Positions 1 through 8,836 of a stretch of 64,000 nucleotides of DNA are shown here, piece by piece; the stretch's first letter is position 1, and each line of letters starts with the position of its first letter. A model generated the notes under the pieces. The model was not told where the DNA came from. It was given only the letters and a program-made list of their open reading frames with translations, and ran no database searches. Origin of the DNA: Subdoligranulum sp. CAG:314 (GTDB lineage Bacteria > Bacillota > Clostridia > Christensenellales > CAG-314); the NCBI GenBank assembly GCA_000437915.1, contig FR900987.1, positions 25,312 through 89,311 of the forward strand, written 5' to 3'. The position numbers and the translations under genes are program-made.

Positions 1-32
1 TTCTACAAGGAGTTTTTCCAACCCGAAAGGTT

Positions 33-3000
33 TTATACAATTTTTATCAATTTGTTGTCGTCGATTGAAAGCACGTAGGTTTCGACGGAGAGACCGAGAA
101 TTTTGTTCACCGCAAGCCCGTAGGCTTTAAGCTGCAAAGCATAGTTTTTTTCGAGCATATCCGGTCTTTTGGTAAACTTGAAGTCCACCACCACAGCCCC
201 GTTTTCTTTTAAAATCAACATATCCGCGACGCCCTGCAATATTGTCTGCTCCGTCGAAGCGTTGAGTCCCAATTCCTTAAAGCTCGCCGTTGCAAGGAAG
301 GGCAGCTCGTGATAGATTTTTCCGTCCGCCGCCAGCGCTTTAAGCTCCGGATTGTTTAAACAAGCCGTTATTTTTTTCAAATCAAGCTCTCTTGCAACTC
401 TTTCCTCGATAAGCCCGTCGGTCACGCAGCTTTCGAGAGTATGCCGCACGCTTTCGGCGTCGCTGTGCGCAAAATCCGATTTTTCAAGCAGTCTGTGATA
501 AGCGGTGCCCAGCTCCGTGCGGGTTGCTCCGCCCGCGTACTCCAAAACGGGCGAAAACAAATCGGAAGAAAAATCGTTTGAAAACACGGGCGAATTCATT
601 TTGTCAAGCCCGCTCGCCGCCACCTTTGTACCAAGCGTCGTAGCTTCGGCATAGGGATAAACGAAGTCCTCCCACGCTATGTCTTTTGTCCTGTCCAATT
701 CCTCCGCAATATTTTCGGAAACGGAAGGTACGGCTTCCTTTGCAACCGCGTTTAGCTCAATACTCCCGAGTTTGCGCGTGCCGTGAAAATCCTGCGAACC
801 GAATTTTCTCGTAACCGCGTCCATAATCCAGGAAAAGGAATTTGTCGCGGCAGTCGGTCTGAACGCATCGTTGCGGAAAAGATACTCCTTGCCCGCGCCG
901 ACGACGAAAAGATGATTTTTAGCCCGCGTCAAAGCCACGTAAAGCAGGCGCAGCTCTTCCTCCGTCTGTTTTCGGCGGTTGACAAGGCAATTCGCCGCGT
1001 GCGCAACGTCGGGGAAAATTTCCTTTTTGTCAAAATCATAATAATCCAGCGTAATGCCAAGCTCCCCTCCCGCAGAAACCGCGGGATTTTCGACGACGAA
1101 ATCGGCTTCGAGGCAGGGCAGAACGACAACGGGGAATTCCAGCCCTTTGGCGGCGTGCATACTCATGATTCTTACCGCGTTTCCGCCCTCCGCCGCCCCG
1201 CTTTCCCCGACGGCTCCGCTCTTGTCGAAATACGAAAGAAAATCGCATAGCATTCCGTCCGAGTTCTCCGCGCGTCTGACAAAGCGGTTGAGCACTGTTC
1301 GTCTCACCCTTCCGTTGGGAAGTCCCGAAACAAACATATCGTAGCCTGTGGAATAAGCCAGCTGCGCCACAAGTCTGTCCGCCTTGACGCATTTGGCAAG
1401 AAAGCCGTATTTCACCCGCAGTTCGTTGAAGCGTGCCAGCTTGTCCGACAAACCGTCCTTGAATTTCGCGCAGTATTCCTCCGTGCGTTTGGCAAGATAA
1501 TCGGGATTTGTTTTTTCCGCAACGACGGCAAGCTCCCGCGCGTCAAGCCCTCCGAACCAGCCCAAAAGCGCTCCCGCAAAGGGAATATCGTTAAGCGGGT
1601 TGTCCAGCACGCGCAAAAAATTGAGCAAATCCTTTATTTCCTTGCCGAGAACGTCGTTTTTGAGCGAAGCCGCGACGGGTATGCCGCAGCCCGAAAGCAC
1701 GTCGCAGAAAACCCGCGCCCTATTCGTCAGACTTCTCATCAAAACCACTATGTCGCCGTAACCAATCCGCCTGCCGCTCGAAGTGAGCTTTCCCGCGATT
1801 TCTTTTATATGCGCGGCAACCAGACGCGCCTGCGCGCGGCAAACGTCGTCTCGAATTTCGGCTCGGCGTACGTTGAACAGTCCCTCCGCCTTTTTCGGAG
1901 CGGCTTTTTCCTCGGTAACGCAATTTAAAACCACGGGGCAAACGCCGTCGATGCTTTCGTCGCCCTCTCCGCAGAACATACCGTCGGCGGCGTAATCGGC
2001 AGTTCCGAATTCATGCGTCATTACTCCCGAAAAAACCGTGTTGACAAAGTCGAGTATAGCCGCGTGTGAACGGAAATTGTCGTTCATATACACTACGCTT
2101 CCCTCGCCCGTCGCCTTGAACCTCTCCGTCTTTTCCGCAAAAATACGCGGCTCGCACTGCCTGAATCCGTAAATGCTTTGTTTTATATCCCCCACCAAAA
2201 ACAGATTGTTTTCGCGGCGCAGCTTTTCCACGATTGCGTTCTGCACCCTGTTTACGTCCTGAAACTCGTCCACGAAAATCATATCGTATCTGCCGCAAAG
2301 CTCCCGACGCGCCTGTTCGTCGTCAAGCAAGGTCAAAGTAAGGTGCTCCAAATCGTTGTAGTCCAGCAGATTTTTTTCGCGTTTGAGTTTAAAAAACTCC
2401 CTGTCCAGCTTTTTCAGAAGTTCCGACAGCTTATCGATATAGACGACGTTTTTCCGACAGCGCGCAAGCAGCGTTTCCGCGCTTTCGCCGCCGAATTTCT
2501 CCGTCTGCGTCCAAACGAACCGTTTAAGTCTGTTCGTAAGCTTGTCAAGCCTGAAAAGCAAATCGGGAAACGCTTCAAGCTCCGCCTTTACCTTTTTTGA
2601 AAAGACGGGAAACTCCGCCTCCGACAGTCTTTTGAGATGAGAGAAAAAACCCTCTCCCTCCGGCAGACGGGCACAGGAGGCAAGCGTCTGCGCATATTGA
2701 GCGGCTGCCGCCGCTTTGCATTCAAACGCCTCGCGCGCAAGCATTTCCGCCGCGCTCTCAAAGGCAAACGCCCCTTTTTTCAGCTCCTCGTCAAGCGCGG
2801 ACAGAAAAGGATTGCCCTCGCCCTCCGCAAAATAATATTTCCTTTTTTCTTCAAACCATCCGTCGAAATCAGGTCTGCACACAAAAAAGTCGTACAGACG
2901 GAAAACGGTCTGCTTGAACGACGTCTGTTCGCTCTTTTTGCCCAGCATCTCCACAAGCCGAAGATAAACCTCGTCCTCTGCGTTCAGTTCGCTTTCGGCT

Positions 3001-3413
3001 ACTCTGTCGAAGGCGTCGTTTTTCAGCTCCTGCGCGACGCTGTCCTCCGCAACGGAAAAGTTCGGCTCCAAGCCGAGAACGTAAAAATAGCTTCTCAACG
3101 CGTCCGCGCAAAAGGCGTGCAGCGTGGAAATGTCCGCCATTTCCAGCTTTTGCGCCTGTTCGGCAAAAAACGGCTCGGAAAGGCGCTCGGACAAGCTTTC
3201 CTTCAAGCGTTCCTTCATCTCCGCCGCCGCAAGCTTTGTGAACGTCACGACAAGCAGTCTGTCCACGCTCGTCCGCTTTGCTTCCAGCAGCCTGAAAATT
3301 CTCTCCACGAGAACGGTGGTCTTGCCCGTGCCCGCGGAAGCGGAAACGGCGACGTTTTTTTCTTGGGAAATATCCAGCGCAATCAGCTGATTGCGCGTAA
3401 AGTTTCTGTTCAT
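33..3413 (-). CDS. addA: ATP-dependent helicase/nuclease subunit A (AddA)
   Basis: ORF 33..3605 has Walker A SASAGTGKTT near the N-terminus, UvrD/PcrA-like helicase motifs and a C-terminal RecB-type nuclease region. I moved the start to ATG 3413 (MNRNFTRNQ), which overlaps the addB stop as ATGA. The 64 upstream codons are Arg-rich read-through inside addB. Confidence 0.9.
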   Translation of the reverse strand: MNRNFTRNQLIALDISQEKNVAVSASAGTGKTTVLVERIFRLLEAKRTSVDRLLVVTFTKLAAAEMKERLKESLSERLSEPFFAEQAQKLEMADISTLHAFCADALRSYFYVLGLEPNFSVAEDSVAQELKNDAFDRVAESELNAEDEVYLRLVEMLGKKSEQTSFKQTVFRLYDFFVCRPDFDGWFEEKRKYYFAEGEGNPFLSALDEELKKGAFAFESAAEMLAREAFECKAAAAAQYAQTLASCARLPEGEGFFSHLKRLSEAEFPVFSKKVKAELEAFPDLLFRLDKLTNRLKRFVWTQTEKFGGESAETLLARCRKNVVYIDKLSELLKKLDREFFKLKREKNLLDYNDLEHLTLTLLDDEQARRELCGRYDMIFVDEFQDVNRVQNAIVEKLRRENNLFLVGDIKQSIYGFRQCEPRIFAEKTERFKATGEGSVVYMNDNFRSHAAILDFVNTVFSGVMTHEFGTADYAADGMFCGEGDESIDGVCPVVLNCVTEEKAAPKKAEGLFNVRRAEIRDDVCRAQARLVAAHIKEIAGKLTSSGRRIGYGDIVVLMRSLTNRARVFCDVLSGCGIPVAASLKNDVLGKEIKDLLNFLRVLDNPLNDIPFAGALLGWFGGLDARELAVVAEKTNPDYLAKRTEEYCAKFKDGLSDKLARFNELRVKYGFLAKCVKADRLVAQLAYSTGYDMFVSGLPNGRVRRTVLNRFVRRAENSDGMLCDFLSYFDKSGAVGESGAAEGGNAVRIMSMHAAKGLEFPVVVLPCLEADFVVENPAVSAGGELGITLDYYDFDKKEIFPDVAHAANCLVNRRKQTEEELRLLYVALTRAKNHLFVVGAGKEYLFRNDAFRPTAATNSFSWIMDAVTRKFGSQDFHGTRKLGSIELNAVAKEAVPSVSENIAEELDRTKDIAWEDFVYPYAEATTLGTKVAASGLDKMNSPVFSNDFSSDLFSPVLEYAGGATRTELGTAYHRLLEKSDFAHSDAESVRHTLESCVTDGLIEERVARELDLKKITACLNNPELKALAADGKIYHELPFLATASFKELGLNASTEQTILQGVADMLILKENGAVVVDFKFTKRPDMLEKNYALQLKAYGLAVNKILGLSVETYVLSIDDNKLIKIV

Positions 3414-6400
3414 TGCCCGTTTACCCCCTCGTTTTCGAGAGTTTCCGCAGTTACCGCGCCGTTCACGCATCTGACTTGCCTGCCCGACAAATCTCCGAAG
3501 TCGCAAACGGCCGAAAATTCGCAATACTCGCAGGCGTCCTCGTAAGGCGACTGACAGGCGTTGCCGTCTGCCATTTCTCTGCCCGCCTGCTCTATCATGC
3601 GCCATGCGTAATTTACATAAGCGTCAAGCTGCGCCCTTGTCAGCGCGGTTTTGCTCTGTCTGCTCACTGTTCCGTTTTTGTTGAGTCGCACGTTGAGCCG
3701 ACTGCTCGCCCCGCTACGTCTGAACGCGGCGTCAAGCTCGCACAGTGTTTCCGTGTCGTCCACGACGCGTCCTCCGAACTCTTTGAAATCGCTTTTTACA
3801 AAATCGTTGCTCAGTTTTTTATAAAAGAAACCCGCAGGTTCAAGTCCCAGCGCGTCGCGCACCACCTTTAGATATACGGGCAGTTGCAGCTTGACTCCCG
3901 CGTAAAGCTCCTTTTCTTTAAACACCGACTGACCGCGCTTGTAGTCGATTATTATAAATTTGTTGCGGCATCTGTCTATGCGGTCTATTTTGCCCCTGAA
4001 ACGTATTTCCGCGCCCTCTCCGACGTTGAACGACGGCGCGGGAAAGGCGGCGTGGGGACCGAACTCCGCCTCGCACTCGACGGGGAAAAATTCGCTGTCA
4101 AGCAGCTGCGCCTTTATTTCCATGCCCGTCTTTACCGATTCCTCCCTTAGGCGGCTCAGATTGTGCCTCGACAGCCTGTCTCTTTGCACGGCTTTGTACC
4201 TGTCTCCGTCCGTAACGCCGTCGAATATGCGGCGCATGACGCTTTCGTCCGCGCTTTCCGCGCCGTGAACCATGATAAATCGGACGAATTTTTCCAGACA
4301 GTCGTGAATTATGCTGCCGAGGTCGGTCGGTTTGAGGCGGGCTTCCTCGCGCTCTTTCAGCATAAGTCCTCCCTTGGAAAGAAAATGTCTGAACGGACAT
4401 TTGTAAAACTCCTCTATACGCGTGACGCTCGCCGCTCCCGACCTGAAAAACAACCGTCTGCCGTTGTCAAGCGTTATGTCGGGAGTATACGCGCACAGAA
4501 ATTTTTTCAGCTCGTCGGCAAGCCCCGCCGCCGCGATTTCGTCCGCCGTCGGCAAACCGCACGCGCCCCGTTCCAGCGCGCCGTAAACCGCGCAACGCCT
4601 AGAATGGACTCCGAAATCAGGCCGACGCTCCGCTTCCGCCACGCTGCCGTCAGGCCTCGTGTGGACTTTTTGCAGCGTCCTGACAAAGGACGACGGTTTC
4701 AGTCCTCCGCCGTCCGAATCCGTGTTACGATAAGATACGTAAAGCCTGTCCTCGGGCTCCAACAGCAGCATTGCGACGGACTGTCTGTCGTTTTTGCCCA
4801 GCGTCGCGGCGTCGGGAGCGACGCGCATGCCGTTTTTCATAAGCGCGGCTAAATTGGCGTCGTTCAAAAGCGCGGTGTCGCTCCTTTTTGCGGGCAGCTT
4901 GCCCTCGTTGGCTCCCAACACCGCAAGCGCTTTTATGTCGTGTCTCAACGACTTGTCCAAATTTGAAAGCTCTACGCAATCCGCGTATAGAGGCAGTATA
5001 CTCACGCTCACGTCGCTTGCCGCCGCCGAGAAAAAGCCGAGAAATTTTTCGACGTCCGCAAAGAGTCCGCCCGCCGTCTGAACCAGCTCTTCGAGTACGG
5101 AATCCAGCTTTTCGTCAACCTGAACCGAAAATTTCGCGTAATAATCGGGCGCATTCTTTTCCAGACGCGCAGCCAACTCTTCCAGCCTGCCGTAAAGGTC
5201 GTTGCGGCGCACAAGCTCGCGCACGACGTTTACGTACTGCGCCACCGTCGCTTTGGCGGGCACCTCGGTCTGCGACAGACGGAACAGTCTTTCCCTCACG
5301 CGCTCGGCTGCCTCCCGCGTCTCCTCAGGCTCGTCCCCGCCCAAATCGAAGCGGGAAAAATCGTAACCGAAATTGTATTTGAGACAAAAATTCTCGAAAA
5401 GAAAAACGTCCTTTTCCTCCGCGCCGAAAAAATAGTTTTTGACGACGGGCAGAACGTAATCCAGCCTCATATCGGCGCGCTTCATTCTGAAAAAGTCCGA
5501 AACGAAACGACACAATGCGTGACTGTCGAGACTGTATTTCTCGTCGAGATAAAACGGAATGTCGAAAAGGGAAAAATACCGTCTTATCGCGTTGCGGTAC
5601 TCGTCAACGTCGCTTACCACAACCTTTACGTCGCGGTATCTGCCGCCCTTTCTCACGTAACCGTCTATGTAGGACGCAAGAAAAAAAACCTCCTCCTCGG
5701 CGTCCGCCGCGCTGACAAGCGTAAACTTTTCGCGCGGCAAGGGCGCGGGCTTGTCCACCGTGCCGAAAAGCAAAGCCTTTTCGCGCGCCGACAAGACTTC
5801 GGAGCCGTCCTCCCGGACGTTTATTTCCCTGCACCCGCCCGTTTTGGCGGCAATACGGTTGAGCGACGCGTAAAACCCGTTGGAATACATATACCCCGCG
5901 CCCGCCGCGCAGGCGGCGTACACCCCGCGCGAATAACGCACAAGGCTTTCGACTATTGCCTCCTCCTGTACGCTCAATCCGTCAAAATCATAGATGTAAT
6001 AAACGCTCTTTTTCACTTGTTCCGAACTGCCGACGGCGTTTAAAAGCGTTTCCAGCTTGTCGGCGGAGTCAAGATACCTGTTTTCCACCGACGCCTGAAA
6101 CGCGGAGTAAACGAGCGCTATATCCTTCAATTTCAAAGAAAGCGCCTTGTCGTCGCAGGCGCAAAGCAGCTTTTCAGGACTGATTCTGTTGTACTTCAAC
6201 AGGCTGATTACGTCGTAAATTTTCCGCGCAAAGCCTTCCGTGTTTCCCGCTCCGGAAAAACAGACCAGCCTGTCGGCGTTCTGCTCGATTACCTTCATCA
6301 TTTCAAGCACCGCCATCTGTCCGCTCAAAGGCTTCAAGGTCTCGGGCGCGATAAGCCCCGCATATCTGTTGAAGGTAAAAACCTGTATATTGAAGCTTCC

Positions 6401-6565
6401 TCCCACTGCGGCAAGCATACTTCTCTCGGCGGCAAGGGAAGCTCTGTCCGGCACAATAACTATGTGCGGACTGTCAATGTCGCTGCGACTGACCGCTTTG
6501 AGCAGCTCCTCTATGCGGTTTTTCGCGGCTTTTAAGGTGTTCGTCTTATAAACAACGAAATTCAT
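3410..6565 (-). CDS. addB: ATP-dependent helicase/nuclease subunit B (AddB) with C-terminal Fe-S nuclease domain
   Basis: 1051-aa ORF immediately upstream of addA and translationally coupled to it. The C-terminal Cys cluster (ACQSPYEDACEYCEFSAVCDF) is typical of the AddB iron-sulfur nuclease domain. Confidence 0.88.
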   Translation of the reverse strand: MNFVVYKTNTLKAAKNRIEELLKAVSRSDIDSPHIVIVPDRASLAAERSMLAAVGGSFNIQVFTFNRYAGLIAPETLKPLSGQMAVLEMMKVIEQNADRLVCFSGAGNTEGFARKIYDVISLLKYNRISPEKLLCACDDKALSLKLKDIALVYSAFQASVENRYLDSADKLETLLNAVGSSEQVKKSVYYIYDFDGLSVQEEAIVESLVRYSRGVYAACAAGAGYMYSNGFYASLNRIAAKTGGCREINVREDGSEVLSAREKALLFGTVDKPAPLPREKFTLVSAADAEEEVFFLASYIDGYVRKGGRYRDVKVVVSDVDEYRNAIRRYFSLFDIPFYLDEKYSLDSHALCRFVSDFFRMKRADMRLDYVLPVVKNYFFGAEEKDVFLFENFCLKYNFGYDFSRFDLGGDEPEETREAAERVRERLFRLSQTEVPAKATVAQYVNVVRELVRRNDLYGRLEELAARLEKNAPDYYAKFSVQVDEKLDSVLEELVQTAGGLFADVEKFLGFFSAAASDVSVSILPLYADCVELSNLDKSLRHDIKALAVLGANEGKLPAKRSDTALLNDANLAALMKNGMRVAPDAATLGKNDRQSVAMLLLEPEDRLYVSYRNTDSDGGGLKPSSFVRTLQKVHTRPDGSVAEAERRPDFGVHSRRCAVYGALERGACGLPTADEIAAAGLADELKKFLCAYTPDITLDNGRRLFFRSGAASVTRIEEFYKCPFRHFLSKGGLMLKEREEARLKPTDLGSIIHDCLEKFVRFIMVHGAESADESVMRRIFDGVTDGDRYKAVQRDRLSRHNLSRLREESVKTGMEIKAQLLDSEFFPVECEAEFGPHAAFPAPSFNVGEGAEIRFRGKIDRIDRCRNKFIIIDYKRGQSVFKEKELYAGVKLQLPVYLKVVRDALGLEPAGFFYKKLSNDFVKSDFKEFGGRVVDDTETLCELDAAFRRSGASSRLNVRLNKNGTVSRQSKTALTRAQLDAYVNYAWRMIEQAGREMADGNACQSPYEDACEYCEFSAVCDFGDLSGRQVRCVNGAVTAETLENEGVNGQ

Positions 6566-6600
6566 GAAATAATTATAAGACTCAATTTGCCCGATGTCAA

Positions 6601-6629
6601 TTGACTTTTTTTTTGTTTGATGATATTAT
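6601..6629 (+). promoter_or_regulatory. sigma-A type promoter for the lipoprotein gene
   Basis: TTGACT (6601-6606), 17-nt spacer, TATTAT (6624-6629). GGAG RBS at 6657-6660, 5 nt before ATG 6666. Confidence 0.6.
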
Positions 6630-6665
6630 TTGTTAAATGCGCCCACAGCGCCAATCGGAGAAAAA

Positions 6666-7874
6666 ATGAAAAAATTACTTTCGCTTACAATTTTGTTCAT
6701 CATGGCGTGCTTTGCTTTGACGGGCTGCGGTTCAAGCGCGGTTGTCCCCGAAGTCAAGGTGCGTTGGTCAGGCTCTTCTTCCGAAACTCTCGTTTACGAC
6801 GTGCGTCTTGCCAGCGACTACGAGCTGACCTACTCTAACTATTACAGCCGCGCAAAAAACAGCGACGGAGAGTACGTCTACACGTCAAATCTCGACCAGG
6901 TCGCGCCGTCAAAGGTGGAAAACGGCGTATATACGTCAACCGTACAACCCCTTGCCGACAATCGGTACTCGCTTGAAACAGAATTGACTTTTACCGAAAT
7001 TTACGACGACGCGGCGTTTGTCAAGGCGGGTATATCCGACCTTTCGGACGTCAAGAGCAGGCTGTCCGCAATAGCGGAAGAAGAGACCGAAAAAGCGGCG
7101 GCGGACGGGTCAAGACAACCCATAATAGAAAAAACGGAAAACGGCTCGTTTAAGGTAAGCGTCAGGGTAACCGCCCGCGCGACCTTCAACGGCACAAATC
7201 TATTGCCGGACGCAAGCAGCCGCAGCGTAAAAAGCGTTTACGTGGGCAAAGCGGGCTGCGAGCTCAACGACTTTGAAACGTCCGTTTCTTACGACTACTC
7301 CGCAAAAAGGCCCGTCGTGACAATCGAAAGCTCTCTAAGCGAGGACGCGCTCTCCTTCAAGCTGAAAAGAACTGACAAAGTCAAAACATACGACAACGAA
7401 ATGCTCTTTCTTCTTTTGAGATGCTTTGACAAGGACGCGCTTGTTTCCAACTCCACCACCTACGTAAACCTCGTGGAGGGAAGCTTTTCAAAAGAGCCGA
7501 CAACGGTTACCGTTTACACAACGCAGAATATTTCTTCGCTCGACGACTTCAAGGTGGGAGCCGTTTGGGCGGGCGACTACGACTCCTCAAAGGACGCCGC
7601 CGACGCCAAAGACAAATTCAACGACAAAAACGAAATCTGCCGTTACCTCAACGACGGGGAAAATTTCGTCGACCTTGACGGCAATCCGATAAACGTACTG
7701 AGCCGCGAGGTGTATATGCTGTACATTGCACCCGCAGCAGGTCTCAACATAATGACTGTTTTCGACAATCAGGAAAGCCTGAGCATAGGCCGCAAACAGA
7801 GAATGCTGCGCGCGCAGCAGGGTTATCTTGTTTTCGACCTCAACGAGGAAGGCAGAAACTCTCTCGACATCTGA
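6666..7874 (+). CDS. hypothetical lipoprotein (402 aa)
   Basis: Start moved to ATG 6666 with a GGAG RBS. Signal peptide MKKLLSLTILFIMACFALTGC carries a lipobox (LTGC). No recognisable catalytic motif. Confidence 0.75.
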   Translation: MKKLLSLTILFIMACFALTGCGSSAVVPEVKVRWSGSSSETLVYDVRLASDYELTYSNYYSRAKNSDGEYVYTSNLDQVAPSKVENGVYTSTVQPLADNRYSLETELTFTEIYDDAAFVKAGISDLSDVKSRLSAIAEEETEKAAADGSRQPIIEKTENGSFKVSVRVTARATFNGTNLLPDASSRSVKSVYVGKAGCELNDFETSVSYDYSAKRPVVTIESSLSEDALSFKLKRTDKVKTYDNEMLFLLLRCFDKDALVSNSTTYVNLVEGSFSKEPTTVTVYTTQNISSLDDFKVGAVWAGDYDSSKDAADAKDKFNDKNEICRYLNDGENFVDLDGNPINVLSREVYMLYIAPAAGLNIMTVFDNQESLSIGRKQRMLRAQQGYLVFDLNEEGRNSLDI

Positions 7875-7904
7875 CAAAGCGTCTTTCTGAATTTGGGAAA
7901 AAAT

Positions 7905-7932
7905 AAACGGCGGCAAAATGCCGCCGTTTTTT
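7905..7932. terminator. bidirectional rho-independent terminator
   Basis: AAACGGCGG / CCGCCGTTT 9-bp stem with a 7-nt loop. A-run upstream and T-run downstream, sitting between convergent genes. Confidence 0.8.
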
Positions 7933-7950
7933 ATTCGATTTAAGACGCGT

Positions 7951-8505
7951 TCAAGGCAAAAACGCGGCATTTGCAAGAGCTTCCCCAAGACCGATAAGAG
8001 CAAGAACCACCGCAATGCTGAGGAAAAACCAGACGAACAGTCCCGCAAGCGCGGCAAGTACCAAAAGGTTCAAAAGTATTTTGAGCCATTTTTTCAGTCT
8101 GCCGCTGTGCACAACGGCGTTGCAGGCAAAAAAGCCCGCCAAAGCGAAAACCAGCCCCGCCACGCCGCCGACAACCGCCGCAGCGTTGCTTATTTCCGCC
8201 GCGTCAAGCCCGAAAGCCGCGCCGAAGCCCAAAAACAGCAGCGGTCCGAAGATGAACAGATATTCGTACCAGCTTATATGCCTGAAAACCTCCAAGGTAA
8301 CATCTCCCTCAATCAGGTTCATCCCCGTCATGTAGCTGCCTTCCACTCTGAATTGCAGATATTTTCCGTCGGCGAGAGCAACCCTGAAAAGCGCGCCGTC
8401 GACTTTTTCGGCGGGCTTTCCGTCAACCTCCACGCTTATTTTCCTGTCAAACCTGCCGCAGCTGATTTTGAACTCCCTGCCGTGCAGCATTTTTTTAGCG
8501 GTCAC
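7951..8505 (-). CDS. hypothetical membrane protein (N-terminal soluble domain + ~4 TM helices)
   Basis: GTG start at 8505 preceded by GGAGGT with 5-nt spacing. The C-terminal half is strongly hydrophobic (LFIFGPLLFLGFGAAF..., LLNLLVLAALAGLFVWFFLSIAVVLALIGL). Confidence 0.7.
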   Translation of the reverse strand: MTAKKMLHGREFKISCGRFDRKISVEVDGKPAEKVDGALFRVALADGKYLQFRVEGSYMTGMNLIEGDVTLEVFRHISWYEYLFIFGPLLFLGFGAAFGLDAAEISNAAAVVGGVAGLVFALAGFFACNAVVHSGRLKKWLKILLNLLVLAALAGLFVWFFLSIAVVLALIGLGEALANAAFLP

Positions 8506-8617
8506 AACATACCTCCGAACGATTTTACCGCCGGTAAATTTCCTATTTGCCGTCGGAATTTACTTTGCTAATCATACTCAAACGCTTCGCTTGTGTCAAG
8601 CGTTTTTCAAAATTTTC

Positions 8618-8646
8618 TTGACAAAGAACAGGCTCCGTGCTAAACT
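8618..8646 (+). promoter_or_regulatory. sigma-A type promoter of the riboswitch leader
   Basis: TTGACA (8618-8623), 17-nt spacer, TAAACT (8641-8646). Confidence 0.7.
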
Positions 8647-8679
8647 GTTCAGCGTGCGGCGACGCCGCAAAAAAGCAGA

Positions 8680-8745
8680 GCATATATAGTCTCCGCGCAA
8701 AGGGCGGAGAGTTTCTACCGACGAGCCTGCCCGTCGACTATATGC
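8680..8745 (+). promoter_or_regulatory. purine riboswitch aptamer, guanine class (C at specificity position)
   Basis: Three-way junction. P1 GCATATA/TATATGC, J1-2 TAG, P2 TCTCCGC/GCGGAGA (L2 GCAAAGG). J2-3 is GTTTCTAC, identical to the xpt G-box as I recall it. P3 CGACG/CGTCG (loop AGCCTGCC), J3-1 AC. Confidence 0.8.
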
Positions 8746-8780
8746 GGTTTTTCCGCATACCGTCGGAGCGGGCATTTTTT
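8728..8780 (+). terminator. riboswitch expression-platform terminator (overlaps aptamer 3' half)
   Basis: Long imperfect hairpin. The lower stem pairs 8728-8738 with 8762-8774, and the upper stem is TATGCGG/CCGCATA (8741-8759). It is followed by TTTTTT at 8775-8780, the only hairpin+U-tract in the leader. Confidence 0.6.
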
Positions 8781-8836
8781 GCGCCCCGATTGAAAGCGGG
8801 CAAAAAGGACGAAAATAACTTTAAAGGAATTGCATT

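Noticed and set aside
3414-3605. N-terminal 64-codon extension of the addA ORF
   Set aside because: It is Arg-rich, lies inside addB coding sequence and has no RBS. ATG 3413 gives the canonical ATGA coupling and places the Walker A motif at the usual distance.
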